From positions 27,776,001 to 27,840,000 of the forward strand of contig OX597840.1 of the NCBI GenBank assembly GCA_951406725.2: a stretch of 64,000 bases of DNA, in the 5' to 3' direction. Below are positions 42,279 through 58,124 of the stretch, one piece after another. The notes under the pieces were generated by a model. That model saw only the letters and a list, made by a program, of their open reading frames with translations. It was not told the origin of the DNA and searched no databases. The position numbers and the translations under genes are program-made. The DNA is from Octopus vulgaris (lineage: Eukaryota). Position 1 is the first letter of the stretch; the number at the start of each line of letters is the position of its first letter.

Positions 42279-43244
42279 TATGGCGCGTGGACGGGGGTGG
42301 GGGTGCGTGGTTTGGTTATTGTTGTTGTTTTTTGTTAATAGCATTTTTTTTCTATTTTCTGTTGGTGCTGTCAAGACGATCGAAACACACACAATAAGAA
42401 GCAGCAGAAGATGGAATTAAAACAAGGAAGGAATGGAACTAAAGAAATAACTCCAAGTCAAGGAATTTAATTCCAAAGACTTAAATAAAAGAAACATACA
42501 AACATATAAATAAAATAAAATAAAACACCAGGAAAAGATAACCGAAAAAAAACAAAAACAAAAATTAAAAACACGCGAAAAGCACAAAAGACTATAAAAT
42601 ACAGAAACGAAAAATATAAAATTCTTTAATTTGGATTGTTTTATTGTTTCTTATTTTATTTTATTTTTTTTTTTTTTTTATTTTTATTTTTATTTTACAA
42701 ATTTTTTTTTCGATTCATTTTATTATATTTTATTATTTTATTTTATTTTGTTTTTATTATTTTCTATTTTAAATGAGAAAAAATACAATTCTAAATGGAA
42801 TAATTTGAAACAAAACAAGCTAAAACCAAATACATAAATACAAATAGATAGAGAAAGCGAAAATAAAACGAATAGAAAATTCTATTTCGTACAAAAATAT
42901 TATATTTGTTATGCTTAAATTAAAAATTTCCTACAAATAACTCTTCTCCGTTAAATTTTGATTTAAATGTTTTAAGTAGAAATGTCTAACGTACTTCATC
43001 GTCTTCCAATCCATCTGTACTCAATTCCGACAGAGGTTTCGCGCCATTTTCCTTGAAACGCAAAAATGGCTGACTCTGCCATAAAACGGGTTTGTGTTCG
43101 GGTGAAATGGTGCTAAATCGAAGCTTTCAACGCTGGTATTGGGCTTCAGCAGGAGTACATAGTTAAGCATTATCATCTCGCCTTTTTATAATTTTTAAGG
43201 ATTGAATTGACATACGCTGCCGTTGTGGGCGTAATATCACAATT

Positions 43245-43662
43245 CTTATTTCTTTATTGCCCACAAGGGGCTACACAGAGAGGGGACGAACAAGGACAGA
43301 CAAACGGATTAAGTCGATTACATCGACCCCAGTGCGTAACTGGTACTTTATTTATCGACCCGAAAGGATGAAAGGCAAAGTCGACCTCGGCGGAATTTGA
43401 ACTCAGAACGTAGCAGCAGACGAAATACCTATTTCCTTACTACCTATAAGGGGCTAAACGTAGAGGGGACAAACAAGGACAAACAAACGGATTAAGTCGA
43501 TTACATCGACCCCAGTGCGTAACTGGTACTTAATTTATCGACCCCGAAAAGATGAAAGGCAAAGTCGACCTCGGCGGAATTTGAACTCAGAACGCAGCGG
43601 CGGACGAGATACCACAAAGTATTTCACCCGGCGTGCTAACGATTCTGCCAGCTCGCCGCCTT
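43245..43662 (-). mobile_element. SINE family C, full length with internal tandem duplication
   Basis: 15-bp TSD CGTAATATCACAATT at 43230-43244 and 43663-43677; body duplicated (~43250-43430, 43430-43610). Confidence 0.93.
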
Positions 43663-43690
43663 CGTAATATCACAATTGGTGGGTGTAGGG

Positions 43691-43998
43691 TGGCGGCGCA
43701 ATGGCCCAGTTGTTAGGTCAGCAGATTTGCTGTCGTAGGTTCGCGGTTCCGATTTCCAGACCGGGCGTTGTGAGTGTTTATTGAGCGAAAACACTTAAAA
43801 AGCTCCACGAATCTCCGGCAAGGGTGGTGGTGATCCCTGCTGTACTCTTTCACCACAACTTTCTCTCGCTCTTTCTTCTGTTGGCCTGCTCGCTTATCCA
43901 GCGGGGTGGCGTCATTTGAAGTCTAAAACAATGCTAAGCGCATTGTGACCAGCGATGTGTAGCAACATCTGAAATCCTGGTCGGTACGGTGATCACGG
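43691..43998 (+). mobile_element. SINE family A head with an alternative 3' module
   Basis: Matches family A to ~43880, then an unrelated tail ending CACGGTGATATA. Confidence 0.8.
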
Positions 43999-44065
43999 TG
44001 ATATAGATATATGTATATACATACAGACATTCACATAGTGATATATATGTATCTGTATATATTTA

Positions 44066-46451
44066 TACATACATACATACATACATACATACATACATAC
44101 ATACATACATACATACCTACATACATACATACATACATACATACGTACATACATACATACATACATACGTACGTACATACATACATACATACATACGTAC
44201 GTACATACGTACATACATACATACATACATACATACGTACGTACATACATACATACATACATACGTACGTACATACATACATACATACATACATACATAA
44301 ATACGTACGTACATACATACATACATACATACATGCGTACATACATACATACATACATACATACATACATACATACATACATACATACGTACGTACATAC
44401 ATACATACATACATACATACATACATACATACGTACGTACGTACATACATACATACATACATACGTATGTACATACATACATACATACATACATACATAC
44501 ATACATACATACATACATACGTACATACATACATACATACATACATACGTACATACATACATACATACATACATACATACATACATACATACGTACGTAC
44601 ATACATACATACATACATACATACATACGTACGTACATACATACATACATACATACATACGTACGTACATACATACATACATACATACATACATACATAC
44701 ATACATACGTACATACATACATACATACATACATACATACATACGTACATACATACATACATACATACATACATACATACATACGTACGTGCATACATAC
44801 ATACATACATACATACGTACGTACATACATACATACATACATACATACATACATACATACATACATACATACATACATACATACGTACGTACATACATAC
44901 ATACATACATACATACATAAATACGTACGTACATACATACATACATACATACATACATACATGCGTACATACATACGTACATACATACATACATACATAC
45001 ATACATACATACATACATACATACGTACGTACATACATACATACATACATACATACATACATACATACGTACGTACGTACATACATACATACGTACATAC
45101 ATACATACATACATACATACGTACGTAATACATATATACATACATACATACATACGTATGTACATACATACATACATACATACATACATACATACATACA
45201 TACATACGTACGTACGTACATACATACATACATACATACATACGTACGTACGTACATACATACATACATACATACATACATACATACGTACGTACATACA
45301 TACATACATACATACATACATACATACGTATGTACATACATACATACATACATACATACATACATACATACGTACATACATACATACATACATACATACA
45401 TACATACATACGTATGTACATACATACATACATACATACATACATACATACATACATACGTACATACATACATACATACATACATACATACGTACATACG
45501 TACGTACATACATACATACATACATACATACATACATACATACATACATACATACGTACGTACATACATACATACATACATACATACATACATACATACG
45601 TACGTACGTACGTACATACATACATACATACATACATACGTACGTACATACATACATACATACATACATACGTATGTACATACATACATACATACATACA
45701 TACATACATACGTACGTACATACATACATACATACATACATACATACATACGAACGTACATACATACATACATACATACATACATACGTACGTACGTACA
45801 TACATACATACATACATACATACATACATAAATACGTACGTACATACATACATACATACATACATACATGCGTACATACATACATACATACGTACGTACA
45901 TACATACATACATACATACATACATACATACATACATACATACGTACGTACATACATACATACATACATACGTATGTACATACATACATACATACATACA
46001 TACATACATACATACGTACATACATACATACATACATACATACGTACGTGCATACATACATACATACATACATACGTACGTACGTACATACATACATACA
46101 TACATACATACATACGTACATACATACATACATACATACATACATACGTACGTGCATACATACATACATACATACATACATACATACATACATACATACA
46201 TACGTACGTGCATACATACATACATACATACATACATACATACATACATACGTACGTACATACATACATACATACATACATACATACATACATACATACA
46301 TACATACGTATGTACATACATACATACATACATACATGCGTACATACATACATACATACATACATACATACATACATACATACATACATACGTACGTACA
46401 TACATACATACATACATACATACATACGTATGTACATACATATATACATAC

Positions 46452-46482
<31 letters not shown>

Positions 46483-47207
46483 CATACATACGTACGTACA
46501 TACATACATACATACATACATACATACATACATACATACATACGTACGTACATACATACATACATACATACATACATACATACATACGTACGTACATACA
46601 TACATACATACATACATACATACATACATACATACGTACGTACATACATACATACGTACGTACATACATACATACATACATACGTACATACATACATACA
46701 TACATACATACATACATACATACATACATACATACATACGTACGTACATACATACATACATACATACATACATACGTACATACATACATACATACATACA
46801 TACGTACGTACATACATACATACATACATACATACATACATACATACATACATACATACATACATACATACATACATACGTACGTACATACATACATACA
46901 TACATACATACATACATACATACATACATACATACATACGTACGTACATACATACATACATACGTACATACATACATACATACATACATACATACATACG
47001 TATGTACATACATACATACGTACATACATACATACATACATACGTACGTGCATACATACATACATACATACGTACGTACATACATACATACATACATACA
47101 TACATACATACGTATGTACGTACATACATACATACATACATACATACGTACATACATACATACATACATACATACATACATACATACATACGTACGTACA
47201 TACATAC
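44066..47207. repeat. 3.1-kb (TACA)n array with interspersed TACG variant units
   Basis: Direct reading; source of all the YVCM/HTYI long ORFs. Confidence 0.98.
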
Positions 47208-47690
47208 GGTGGAATAGTCCCATCAAAACTTCTGTCAAATATAAACATAACCGGCCAGATACTGTTGTTTGGAACAGAGGAGTAAAGGTATATGCCATCA
47301 TAGGTATCAACTGCCCTACAGATATAAATATCTCTTTGAAAATCAAAGAAAAAGAGGATATCTATGGACAACTACTTTGAAACCTCCAGCTTCTATATCC
47401 AGACTATGAATTCATATTCATACCAATAATAATTAGAGCACTAGGTTTTGTTAGTAAATGCTTAAAGGAGAATCTGGATAAACTGGGATTTTCAGAGAGA
47501 GAAATCGACCAGCTAATTCGTACATTACAATCTGTGAGTGGAACAGTAAAAATATACAAGACTTTTCTCAAGTTCCAAATGTGAACTTGTCTATGTTAAG
47601 TACATCCCAAAGATGGAAGCCTTGTATCTTTGTTGGAAACCGGTTCCCTTCTCAGTGGAAGATTTATAATAATTAAAGACATAGAACAGA
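47208..47690 (+). mobile_element. 5'-truncated R4/Dong-like non-LTR retrotransposon 3' end (RLE domain + 3'UTR)
   Basis: WNSPIKTSVKYKHNRPDTVVWNR...IIGINCPTD.NI..K..EK...Y..L*NLQLLYPDYEFIFIPIIIRALG...KTFLKFQM*; stop at 47582-47584; ATACATACAT follows the UTR. Confidence 0.82.
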
Positions 47691-48220
47691 TATACATACA
47701 TCTTAGCTGCCTTCTCGCATACGAGCAAAACCATTGCTAGAAATACTCACTATAATGAATCATTGTTGATGCAATCTTTACATAGATACATACATACATA
47801 CACCACACACACAGATATATTTCCTTTTTAAGATCCCTAAACCTACTTTTTTATTATATTTTTGTATATTAGGTTTCGTAAAACGAGACACGGGACTCGA
47901 GAAATCCACGTTATCGCATAACATTTTAACGACATCCTAAAGATTTAATAACAAGTTCTCGATAGGGTGGGCGTGCATTTTGCTCTTAAGACGTTTGTTT
48001 CATGAAAAAAGGCCCTGTCTAGTAAAACACCATCCGCTACATTGTCAGTGCACGCTCCGGTGAGTTGATATCAGTTATTAAAAAACAAAGGCAAGAGAAA
48101 ACCTCCGTTGGGATGTTATGCTCAAGTAAGTCTCTTTGGAGGGGAGGGGCTTGCTCGTTACTATTGGTAACACTTCCGCAGTTCAATTCCTTTTGACATA
48201 TTCGTACACGTGTCTCTTGA

Positions 48221-48263
<43 letters not shown>

Positions 48264-48278
48264 TTGTGTGAATGTAAA

Positions 48279-48328
<50 letters not shown>

Positions 48329-48576
48329 TGTGTGTATGTATGTATAAGTATGTATTTGTCATGATATGTATATACACATATATATACATATATATACTCA
48401 TACATACATACATATATATATACATACACACACACATATATATGTATACATATATACAGACACGTATGTATATATATATATACATTTATATAGATATATA
48501 TGTATACACATACACAGCCATATATATTTATGTATATGTGTAGATATATATATATATATATATAAATATATGTATG

Positions 48577-48623
<47 letters not shown>

Positions 48624-48712
48624 ATATATATTTATATATAAATATATATATATGTTTATACATATAGCTGCATATGTAAATACATACGCACATATATTTA
48701 TATCTATATCTA

Positions 48713-48759
<47 letters not shown>

Positions 48760-49929
48760 TTATATATACATTCATGCACATACATACACGCACACACACA
48801 CACATATATGGATATATAAGGTTTGTAGAAGGAAGTTGCTTCCCTATCACATGGAACCGGGTTCAGTCCCACTTCGTGACACCTTGGACAAGTATTTTTT
48901 AACATAACCCAGGACTTACCAAAGGTGGTGTGTTTGAGTGTGTCGTGTTTGTGTGTGTTTGTGTGTGTGTGTGTCAGTGTGTATACACACACACACACAC
49001 ACACACTCACGTAAGCTTGAAAAGATACATAAACACATACATACACACCCGCGTGCACGTACGCACAAGCCCCCAAACACATACACACACACACACACTA
49101 CGCACACATACGCATATACAAACTCATACTCGCATATATACACAAATATATACATGCACACACATCACATTATCACATGCACACTTACATAAATACAGAC
49201 TTTCACACACACATAATACACACACATCTACCCACACACACATGTACACAAACAGGCTCAAGCACACACACACATACTCATAACAAATTTATACATGCAC
49301 ACACACTACATTATCACACGCACACTTACACAAACACACATCTGCACACACACACATGTACACACACAAGCTCAAACACACACACACACACACTACACAC
49401 ACATACATATATAGATTTATACACGTACGCATACACAAATATATACATGCACACACAATACATTATCACACGCACGCTTACATAAACACACATTTGCACA
49501 CACTCACACACACATGTACACACACAAGCTCAAAAACACACACACACTACACACACTACACACACATACGCATATATAGATTTATACACGTACGCATACA
49601 CAAATATATACATACACACACAATACATTATCACACGCACGCTTACATAAACACACATGTACACACACAAACTACATATACATACGCATACAGAAATTTA
49701 TACACGTACGCAAACACAAATGCATGCACGCACACACATCGTATTAAAACACACACACACACACACACACACAAGCTCAAACACACGCACACACACACTA
49801 CACATACATACGCATTTAGAAATTTATACACGTACGCAAGCACAAATGTATACACGCACACATATAACACTATCACACGCACATTTACACGAACACACAC
49901 TTGCGCGCACACATGGCCACACACACACA

Positions 49930-50320
49930 CACACAGACCCAAACACACGCACACCACTTTATACACATACGTATACGCACAGGCAGATAGAAACACACAC
50001 ACATACACACACACACAGAGGCCCAAACACACGCACACTGCTTTATACACACACGTATACGCACAGGCAGATAGAAACACACACACACGCACACACACAC
50101 AGAGGCCCAAACACACGCACACTGCTTTATACACATACGTATACGCACAGGCAGAAAGAAACACACACATATACACACACACACAGAGGCCCAAACACTC
50201 GCACACCACTTTATACACATACGTATACGCACAGGCAGATAGAAACACACACACATAAACACACACACACACACACACAGAGGGCCAAACACACGCACAC
50301 TGCTTTATACACATACGCAC
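49930..50320. repeat. ~84-bp CA-rich minisatellite, ~4.5 copies
   Basis: CGTATACGCACAGGCAGATAGAAAC recurs at an ~84-bp period. Confidence 0.9.
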
Positions 50321-50701
50321 ACACACACACGCACATCACACACTCGCACATACACACACACACCTACAGCCCATATCATGTTGGCAAGGTCCTATCATAT
50401 TTCTTCTTAGTAGAATGAAGACATAATAACACGTTATAAACCCTCGTCAATTGATCCCTCGTTAGCGAGGAGAAAACAAGCATTTAAAGACTAGCTCGAC
50501 ACTTCCCCATCTCGCATAACAACCTCCCTAACTGCTCCACCGGCTCGCCACTACGCCTCCTCACAAGTACACCACCTCCGCCAATCTATCACCGAACCGG
50601 TCCGCCACATCCCCGGTCCATCAATCAACCAGCTGAGAGTGATGATCGCCCGACCAATTTCGTTTCTGTTAAAACTCTTCAGGAATCGTTTATTTTTTAA
50701 T

Positions 50702-50749
<48 letters not shown>

Positions 50750-50985
50750 AGCACGCACAGAGAAGTACAGACACACTAATACACACACACACACACATAT
50801 ATGTATATATGTATGTATGTATGTATATATATAAAAGTAAAAAATGGAGCGAGAACGTAACAGACGAAAACAAAACGTTCGGACAGTTAGATGATACAAA
50901 AAGGGACAGGAAAAAAACAAAGACCAGTCATTCGGAGCTTTCTATCCTTAGTCGAGTTCCAGATCGTCTTTGCTGTTTCAGCCGG

Positions 50986-51052
<67 letters not shown>

Positions 51053-51061
51053 GTGTGTGTG

Positions 51062-51092
<31 letters not shown>

Positions 51093-51706
51093 GTATATAT
51101 ATAAATATATAAACGCGGAGTAGATAAAACAGTGGACAACTGATGAAGGGATTGTTCTTTATGTTGCCTGTCTCGTTATTTACTTAAGTAAAATTAATCC
51201 AACAACTTCTAGTTATATAATTTTAGTTTGTCATGTCTCTATATAGGATGTAAATACCAAAATAAGTTCATATATGCTAGACCTGAAAATTGGCAATATA
51301 GTCGTTTTAATATGGCATTGTATTTAAAGACATTCTATTTCAGTAATATCGAGGAATACGTTGTTATGAAACGCGCGTAGTAAAGTATATGATTTGAAAT
51401 AAGAATTGAAGGCATTAATTTTGATAATTTGGAATAAGAATTGCAGGTATTAATTTTGATAATTTTAATATTTAGTCCTATGTGTATCTATTGTGGATAA
51501 TGTCATTCAATGATGATTGAGTTGTTTGAGGGTGATTCTGTCTCTTAAACCTATCTATCTATATATGTATATAATACAGTGAGTAATTCATTTTAGTACC
51601 ACTAAATTGAACTTCTCTCCCCTGTGGACTCAGAAATAACTTCCCTAATATTAATATTAATATATATATATATGAATATACATATATTCATTAACACATA
51701 CATCTA

Positions 51707-51888
51707 TACAGGTCGAAACAGTTTGATTCGAATTCGTTGGTACTCCGAGTTTCAATACGTGATATTAATCCTCAGATCATTAAATTTGAATATACATTTG
51801 AAGAAATTTCTAATGCCTGGGGATTAGCATCAGGCTTGGGAACTCGGAGTACCAACGAATTTGAATACCTGTTTTAAAACCATATGTA
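51707..51888. mobile_element. MITE-like imperfect fold-back
   Basis: ATTCGAATTCGTTGGTACTCCGAGTT (51726-51751) pairs with AACTCGGAGTACCAACGAATTTGAAT (51841-51866); inner and outer arms also pair. Confidence 0.8.
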
Positions 51889-51911
51889 ACTCCAAATAAA
51901 TGTGTTGGGTG

Positions 51912-51966
<55 letters not shown>

Positions 51967-52052
51967 TAAATTGATAGATGACCGCATTAGTCCCTCTTAG
52001 CGTATGGTATCTACGATACGAATAGTAGATATATATATATAGATAGATAGAT

Positions 52053-52099
<47 letters not shown>

Positions 52100-52232
52100 T
52101 AGATAGATAGATAGATAGATATAGATAGATATATGTATATAGATATATGTATATACATATATTAAAAAGGCACCTTTGTTCACAACCCCCGTTCTACGCT
52201 AACTGCTTCTACATCTACGTACGCCCTTCTTG

Positions 52233-52263
<31 letters not shown>

Positions 52264-52269
52264 CACATT

Positions 52270-52323
<54 letters not shown>

Positions 52324-52324
52324 C

Positions 52325-52363
<39 letters not shown>

Positions 52364-52975
52364 CAACGTTCAGTAACTCTCTTTTAGTCTCCTCGGCCTC
52401 CTTCTTCTTTCTTGCCACCACCACCACCACCACCACCACCACCACCACCACCACCACCACCAACCACCACCACCACTAACAACAACAACAACAGCATCAC
52501 TATCATCATCATCCTCACCAGCGCCGCCATTACTTCAGAGCCCCGCGAAGTTAACGCCATTTCCGAGTTGATTTGATCCGAAATGTTTGTTTTAGCTGAT
52601 GACATTGCTCTGTTTATTCCCTGTTTACTGAGCTGCAAAAGCTGATGGCCTTCTCATTGCCTTCTTTGCTTACTTATTTATTTATTATCATTCGTTTTGC
52701 AATTGTCATCTTCTTTTATTTTATCTTAATTCATTGTTTTATTCGTCGTCTGTTTGTACAGATGTGAATCGGGTTTGATCGCGTTAAAGCAGTAATTTAA
52801 ACAGAGGCCCGACGTGGCTCGGTCTTCAACAACCGAACCGCATGCTTCATATTGCCAGCCCCTTATATCTCACATTCTCTCTACATCTCTCTCTCCCTCT
52901 TTCTCCTCCAACTCTCTCACTATCTATCTATCTATCTACCTATCTATCTATCTATCTATCTATCTATCTGTCTAC

Positions 52976-53081
<106 letters not shown>

Positions 53082-53087
53082 GTCTAC

Positions 53088-53167
<80 letters not shown>

Positions 53168-53472
53168 TTCTCTGTCTGCCTAATTCTCTATTTGTCCGTC
53201 TATCAATCGATCTTTCTTTTTCTCCTTCTCTCTCCCTTTATCACTCTGTCTGTCTGTCTCTCTCTTTCTCTCTTTCTCCCTAAGTATATACATATATATT
53301 TATACATACATATATTTCTATATATATATATGTGTGTGTGTGTATATATATATTTACACACATGTATATATATATATATATTTCTATCTATCTCACCATC
53401 TCTACCTATCATTGCCTCTCTCTCTCCCTCTCTCCCCCTACCTTCCCTCTCTATTTTTCTTTGTCTCTCTCA

Positions 53473-53503
<31 letters not shown>

Positions 53504-53989
53504 CCTCCCTGCCACCCAGCTAGACAGCTAGACAGGAAGACAGCCGGACAGCCTGACAGGCAACAAGACACTGAAACCCAAACAAACGTCGCAACACTGT
53601 GTTCACAACATAGCCAACGTGTCGACTCAAGTGGTTTGAAGTAGGCTAGATTGCATCAGTGACAGTCACGTGATACACTGGACATTTATTATACTTTTTC
53701 TTTATTAATTGCTGTTGTTATTGTGATTGTTGCTCTTCTTCTTTAGCCCCGGGCTGGCGCTGAATCGATTAGAATTATGTCCAAATCCGTGATTAAAATG
53801 GAAGAGAGTACGCAAGGGACAGCGTTCCTCCATTTTAAAACTCCAGCATGGGTCTTATGACGTATACTCAACTCTGTCTTGAGCTCCGTCTTTTGGACTT
53901 CAGCGTACCCTAAAACACTTCTCAGTAAATTCTTAAAATACTTTTGCATTATTGGGTCAAACATAGACAAGAACTATAGTGTTCAATTT

Positions 53990-54400
53990 GTTCGAGCGAA
54001 GAGGAGCCGGGCCGCGCGCACCGTCAGAGCTATGCCGTCGGGAACTTCGGTTCCTGGTAGGGCCACCCAAAGCAGATTGGTCTGACACCGAGTGGTATTA
54101 GGGCCACAACCCGGCAGACGGTGCTCTGGTGAAAATCCTCGGAGTGTCTGTTACGGCAACCGGCGGTTCCTCGGTCGTTCTGTCTCTGTGTCTGCGGACA
54201 ATCTGTGGCAAACAGGATGTCTCTACATGCGGGATTGTTGGGGATCGCTTGTGAAATGCACATATTCCCACGAAACTTCTTCCACGAATTCTCAATGGCG
54301 AATACAATGGCGAATAGCCATGGTTCGAGATGCCTCGAAGGTGGTAGAAGAAGCCGACTCAATCCGCCCAGGGTGAATGTCGCCACAAGTATAAGTACAA
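53990..54400 (+). mobile_element. Probable RTE-clade LINE 5' UTR fragment (GC-rich, structured)
   Basis: GAGCTATGCCGT...GGTAGGGCCACCCAAAGCAGATTGGTC resembles the 5' motif I recall from BovB/Rex3-type RTEs; contains a cUUCGg hairpin. Confidence 0.55.
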
Positions 54401-54444
54401 GTAAGTTCAAGTTGTTCCTCACTTAGATTTTTCATTTTCTTCTT

Positions 54445-54640
54445 TCACTGCGGCCGTGCTGGAGCACCGCCTTAGAGGGATTCGTCGAAGAAATGGACCC
54501 CAGTAATTACTTTTATATTTAAGTCTTGTACTTATATAAAGTGGTCTCTTTTACCGAACGGTTAAGTTATGAGACGTAAAGAGACCAACAGCGGTTGTCA
54601 AGCGAACGGGAAGGAACGAACACAAGTACAAAGACAGACA
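54445..54640 (-). mobile_element. SINE family B 3' part (diverged)
   Basis: ACTGCGGCCGTGCTGGAGCACCGCC...GGTTGTCAAGCGA. Confidence 0.75.
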
Positions 54641-55055
54641 CACATAAACATACTTATAAATGTATACATATATGTACGTATACATATATGTACATATATG
54701 TACATACACAGACGCAAACACCAACTGCACGCAAACACAAAAATATATATATGAGCTGCCAATTTTTCTAGCCTGAAAACGGTGGCCGGATTTACGCTAA
54801 TGTTTATATGCATCCACTATTAGCTGCGTATCTTTGAATTTTTGCACACAACATCTGCCAACGTTACAACTATTACGTAATTCTGAGCCCCCAGAAACAG
54901 CTGTCGGACCTCAAATACCATGCTCTCTCCCCTTAGCTGTCTGTATCCATTGTATTCCATGTAAATCTGTTCTGTAAATACATAAATATATATATATATA
55001 TGCTTACACATAAATGTTCATCTTCTGAATATTTTCACGTTTTGCCTCTCTTTAT

Positions 55056-55141
<86 letters not shown>

Positions 55142-55395
55142 TAAATTTGAGATAAAACCACTATTAGGCAAATCAAACAGTGAAAAACATAAACCAAAAC
55201 ATACAAATAAAATTAATTAATATAATATACAAAATATATAAAATATAAAATTCAAAATTTAAATTATTTAAATTTAAAGTTAAAAATTTAAAATTATTAA
55301 TTTATATTTATAAATTTATATATATATATATATTTATTGTTATTTATTTATTTATTTTTTATTAGATATATAAAACTATCATAAAGTATATAAAG

Positions 55396-55485
<90 letters not shown>

Positions 55486-55489
55486 GTGT

Positions 55490-55690
55490 CTGTCCCCCAT
55501 CATCGTTTGACAACCTGTATTGTTGTGTTTGCATCCACTTAACCTAGCGGTCCGGCAAAAGAGACTAACAGAACAAGTACTAAGCTTAAAAAAACTAATT
55601 CCTGAGGTCGACTTGTTCGACTAAAACCGATAAAGGCAGGGCTCCAGCATGGCCGCAGTCAGATGACTGAAACAAGTAAGAGAATAAAAG
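55490..55690 (+). mobile_element. SINE family B 3' part
   Basis: CATCGTTTGACAACC...GCTCCAGCATGGCCGCAGTCAGATGACTGAAACAAGTAAG. Confidence 0.8.
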
Positions 55691-56339
55691 AATAGATAGA
55701 GACATAGAAAGATATACACACGACGGTCACCATCAGAGTCCTTTCTGTCTCTGTCTCTGTCTGTCTGTCTGTCTGTCTCTCTGTCTCTTTCTCCTTGTCT
55801 CTTACACTCTTTATTTATCTCTCCATCTCTACCCAAAAGATACCAAAGACTACCGTGGGCAACACAATGCACGCTGGCTGCAGGCCATGATCCCATGCAG
55901 CTATGGGATCGAACACGTTTCACGCGATTTCGAAGCAAACATCTTAACTACAACCACACGAATAGACGATGCGCGTCTTGATACTAACACACACCTAAGA
56001 ATTTTCGCCATTTGCTGACCACTTTAATAGACCAATAATTGTTCAGGAACCACAAGAATGGCTGACTGTATGGGCCAAACTTAAAGTAATAAAGCGTCCG
56101 AAATGTCGATTGGTTGACCTTCTTTACAATTCAGTTATATACAAGCACCCATATACACACACATGCACACATATATGCGCGCGCCTGTGTGTGTTTATAC
56201 GCATATATACATACGCATGCATATATACTAAAACATACACACGCACACACACATATATATATATATATATAGATCTGTAAACACACATATATACACAAGT
56301 ATATATATATAGATATACATTTGTATATACATAAACAGC

Positions 56340-56370
<31 letters not shown>

Positions 56371-56398
56371 GGAAAACATATATGTTCCTTTTCAACCT

Positions 56399-56434
<36 letters not shown>

Positions 56435-56657
56435 TATATATATATATATATACACATCACACGAACACACAAATATATACTCAGTACATATTTATAGACA
56501 TATACGTATGTATACATAAGCATATTTCTTCATATGCACACACACTCACACACACTCACACACATACATATATATATACATATAGACATATAAATATACA
56601 CATTTGTACATATATATATATATATATTCAGTTCTGTACACACACACACAAACACTT

Positions 56658-56727
<70 letters not shown>

Positions 56728-57171
56728 ATACACTATATACTCACACATATATACACACGTGTACGCACACACATATAGATAAAGGCCAGTCGTTTCATTT
56801 CCTGGTGGTTTGCTGGGAATTTCTTGTGAATCAAACATTGAAGAGGTCCTCCGTATATCTCTGTGTATAAAATTTTATGTTATGTCAAAATAAATGGCCG
56901 ACATCAACGTCGTTAGGCACGAACACAAACCGATCTGTGAGAGCACTTCCCTTTTATCCGTCTTGCAGCGCCTTTTGTTCTTCGTTTCATCAAGAGAGAA
57001 ATCTTTATTGAGTTGCTGTTGGTGTTGTTGTTGTTGTTGTTGCTGGTGGTGGTTGCGGTGGTGGTGGTGGTGGTGGTGGCGGTGATGTCGTTTGTGGTTT
57101 TGCTTCTGCTTTCGCTGTCCGCTCTTTAAGTTCTCCGAAAGGCAGCGCTCTCTATGCTGCTGCTGCTGCTG

Positions 57172-57206
<35 letters not shown>

Positions 57207-57208
57207 GT

Positions 57209-57283
<75 letters not shown>

Positions 57284-57366
57284 GACAACTATTACTATGC
57301 TTTGGCAGTCATCTTTTAAGTTCTCCTGAAGGCAGCGCTCACTATGATGATGCTGCTGCTGCCGCG

Positions 57367-57415
<49 letters not shown>

Positions 57416-58124
57416 TTACTACTACGACTACCACCACTACTAATGCTGTTCCTGCTGCTCTATTTATACTACCACTACTACCACCACCAACACAACTATT
57501 ACTATTACTACTACTACAACTACTACCACCACTACTACTGCTCATGCTCTGCTACTACTACCACCACCACTATCACCACCACCATCACTAATAAAAAAAA
57601 AATTTTACTACAACTTCTATTTCTACTACTACTACATTTTCCACAGACTGAGCGGACTGTCAAACGGCACGACAAAGTTGCAAATATCTTCTCTGGCGCC
57701 ATTCGTTTCTCTTTTCTGCTCCCTCCTCTTATTCTCCTACTCCTACTCCTCTTCATGTCCACCGCCTTCCTGTTGTTCTCTCTTTAGATTACGTAGACCC
57801 TTCTACGTACACAGATTATATGTATGTATATATGCATGTATATATATAAGTATGCATGTATGTATGTAACTATATATGTATGTATGTGTGTATAAGTGTA
57901 TGTATTGATTGATTGATTGATTCCAGTTTCAGCTCACGAGCTGTGGCCATGCTGGGGCACCGCCATACGTATATATGTTTGTATCTATATATGTGTGTGT
58001 GTATATGTGTGTATATATATGTGTGTATGTGTGTGTGTATGTATGTGTATATACACATACATACACACACACATACACACATATTAATATATACTTATAA
58101 ATATGTATGTATATATATATATAT

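Noticed and set aside
42985-43130. Possible minus-strand exon (...KENGAKPLSELSTDGLEDDE followed by GTACGT)
   Set aside because: Short, no recognisable homology and no convincing acceptor; cannot be supported without RNA-seq.
43993-47380. ORFs of 450-1117 aa (YVCM / HTYI repeats)
   Set aside because: Translations of a stop-free tetranucleotide array; only the terminal part from 47208 is real, and it is retroelement sequence.
53743-53970. 75-aa non-repetitive ORF
   Set aside because: No recognisable motif; length compatible with chance.
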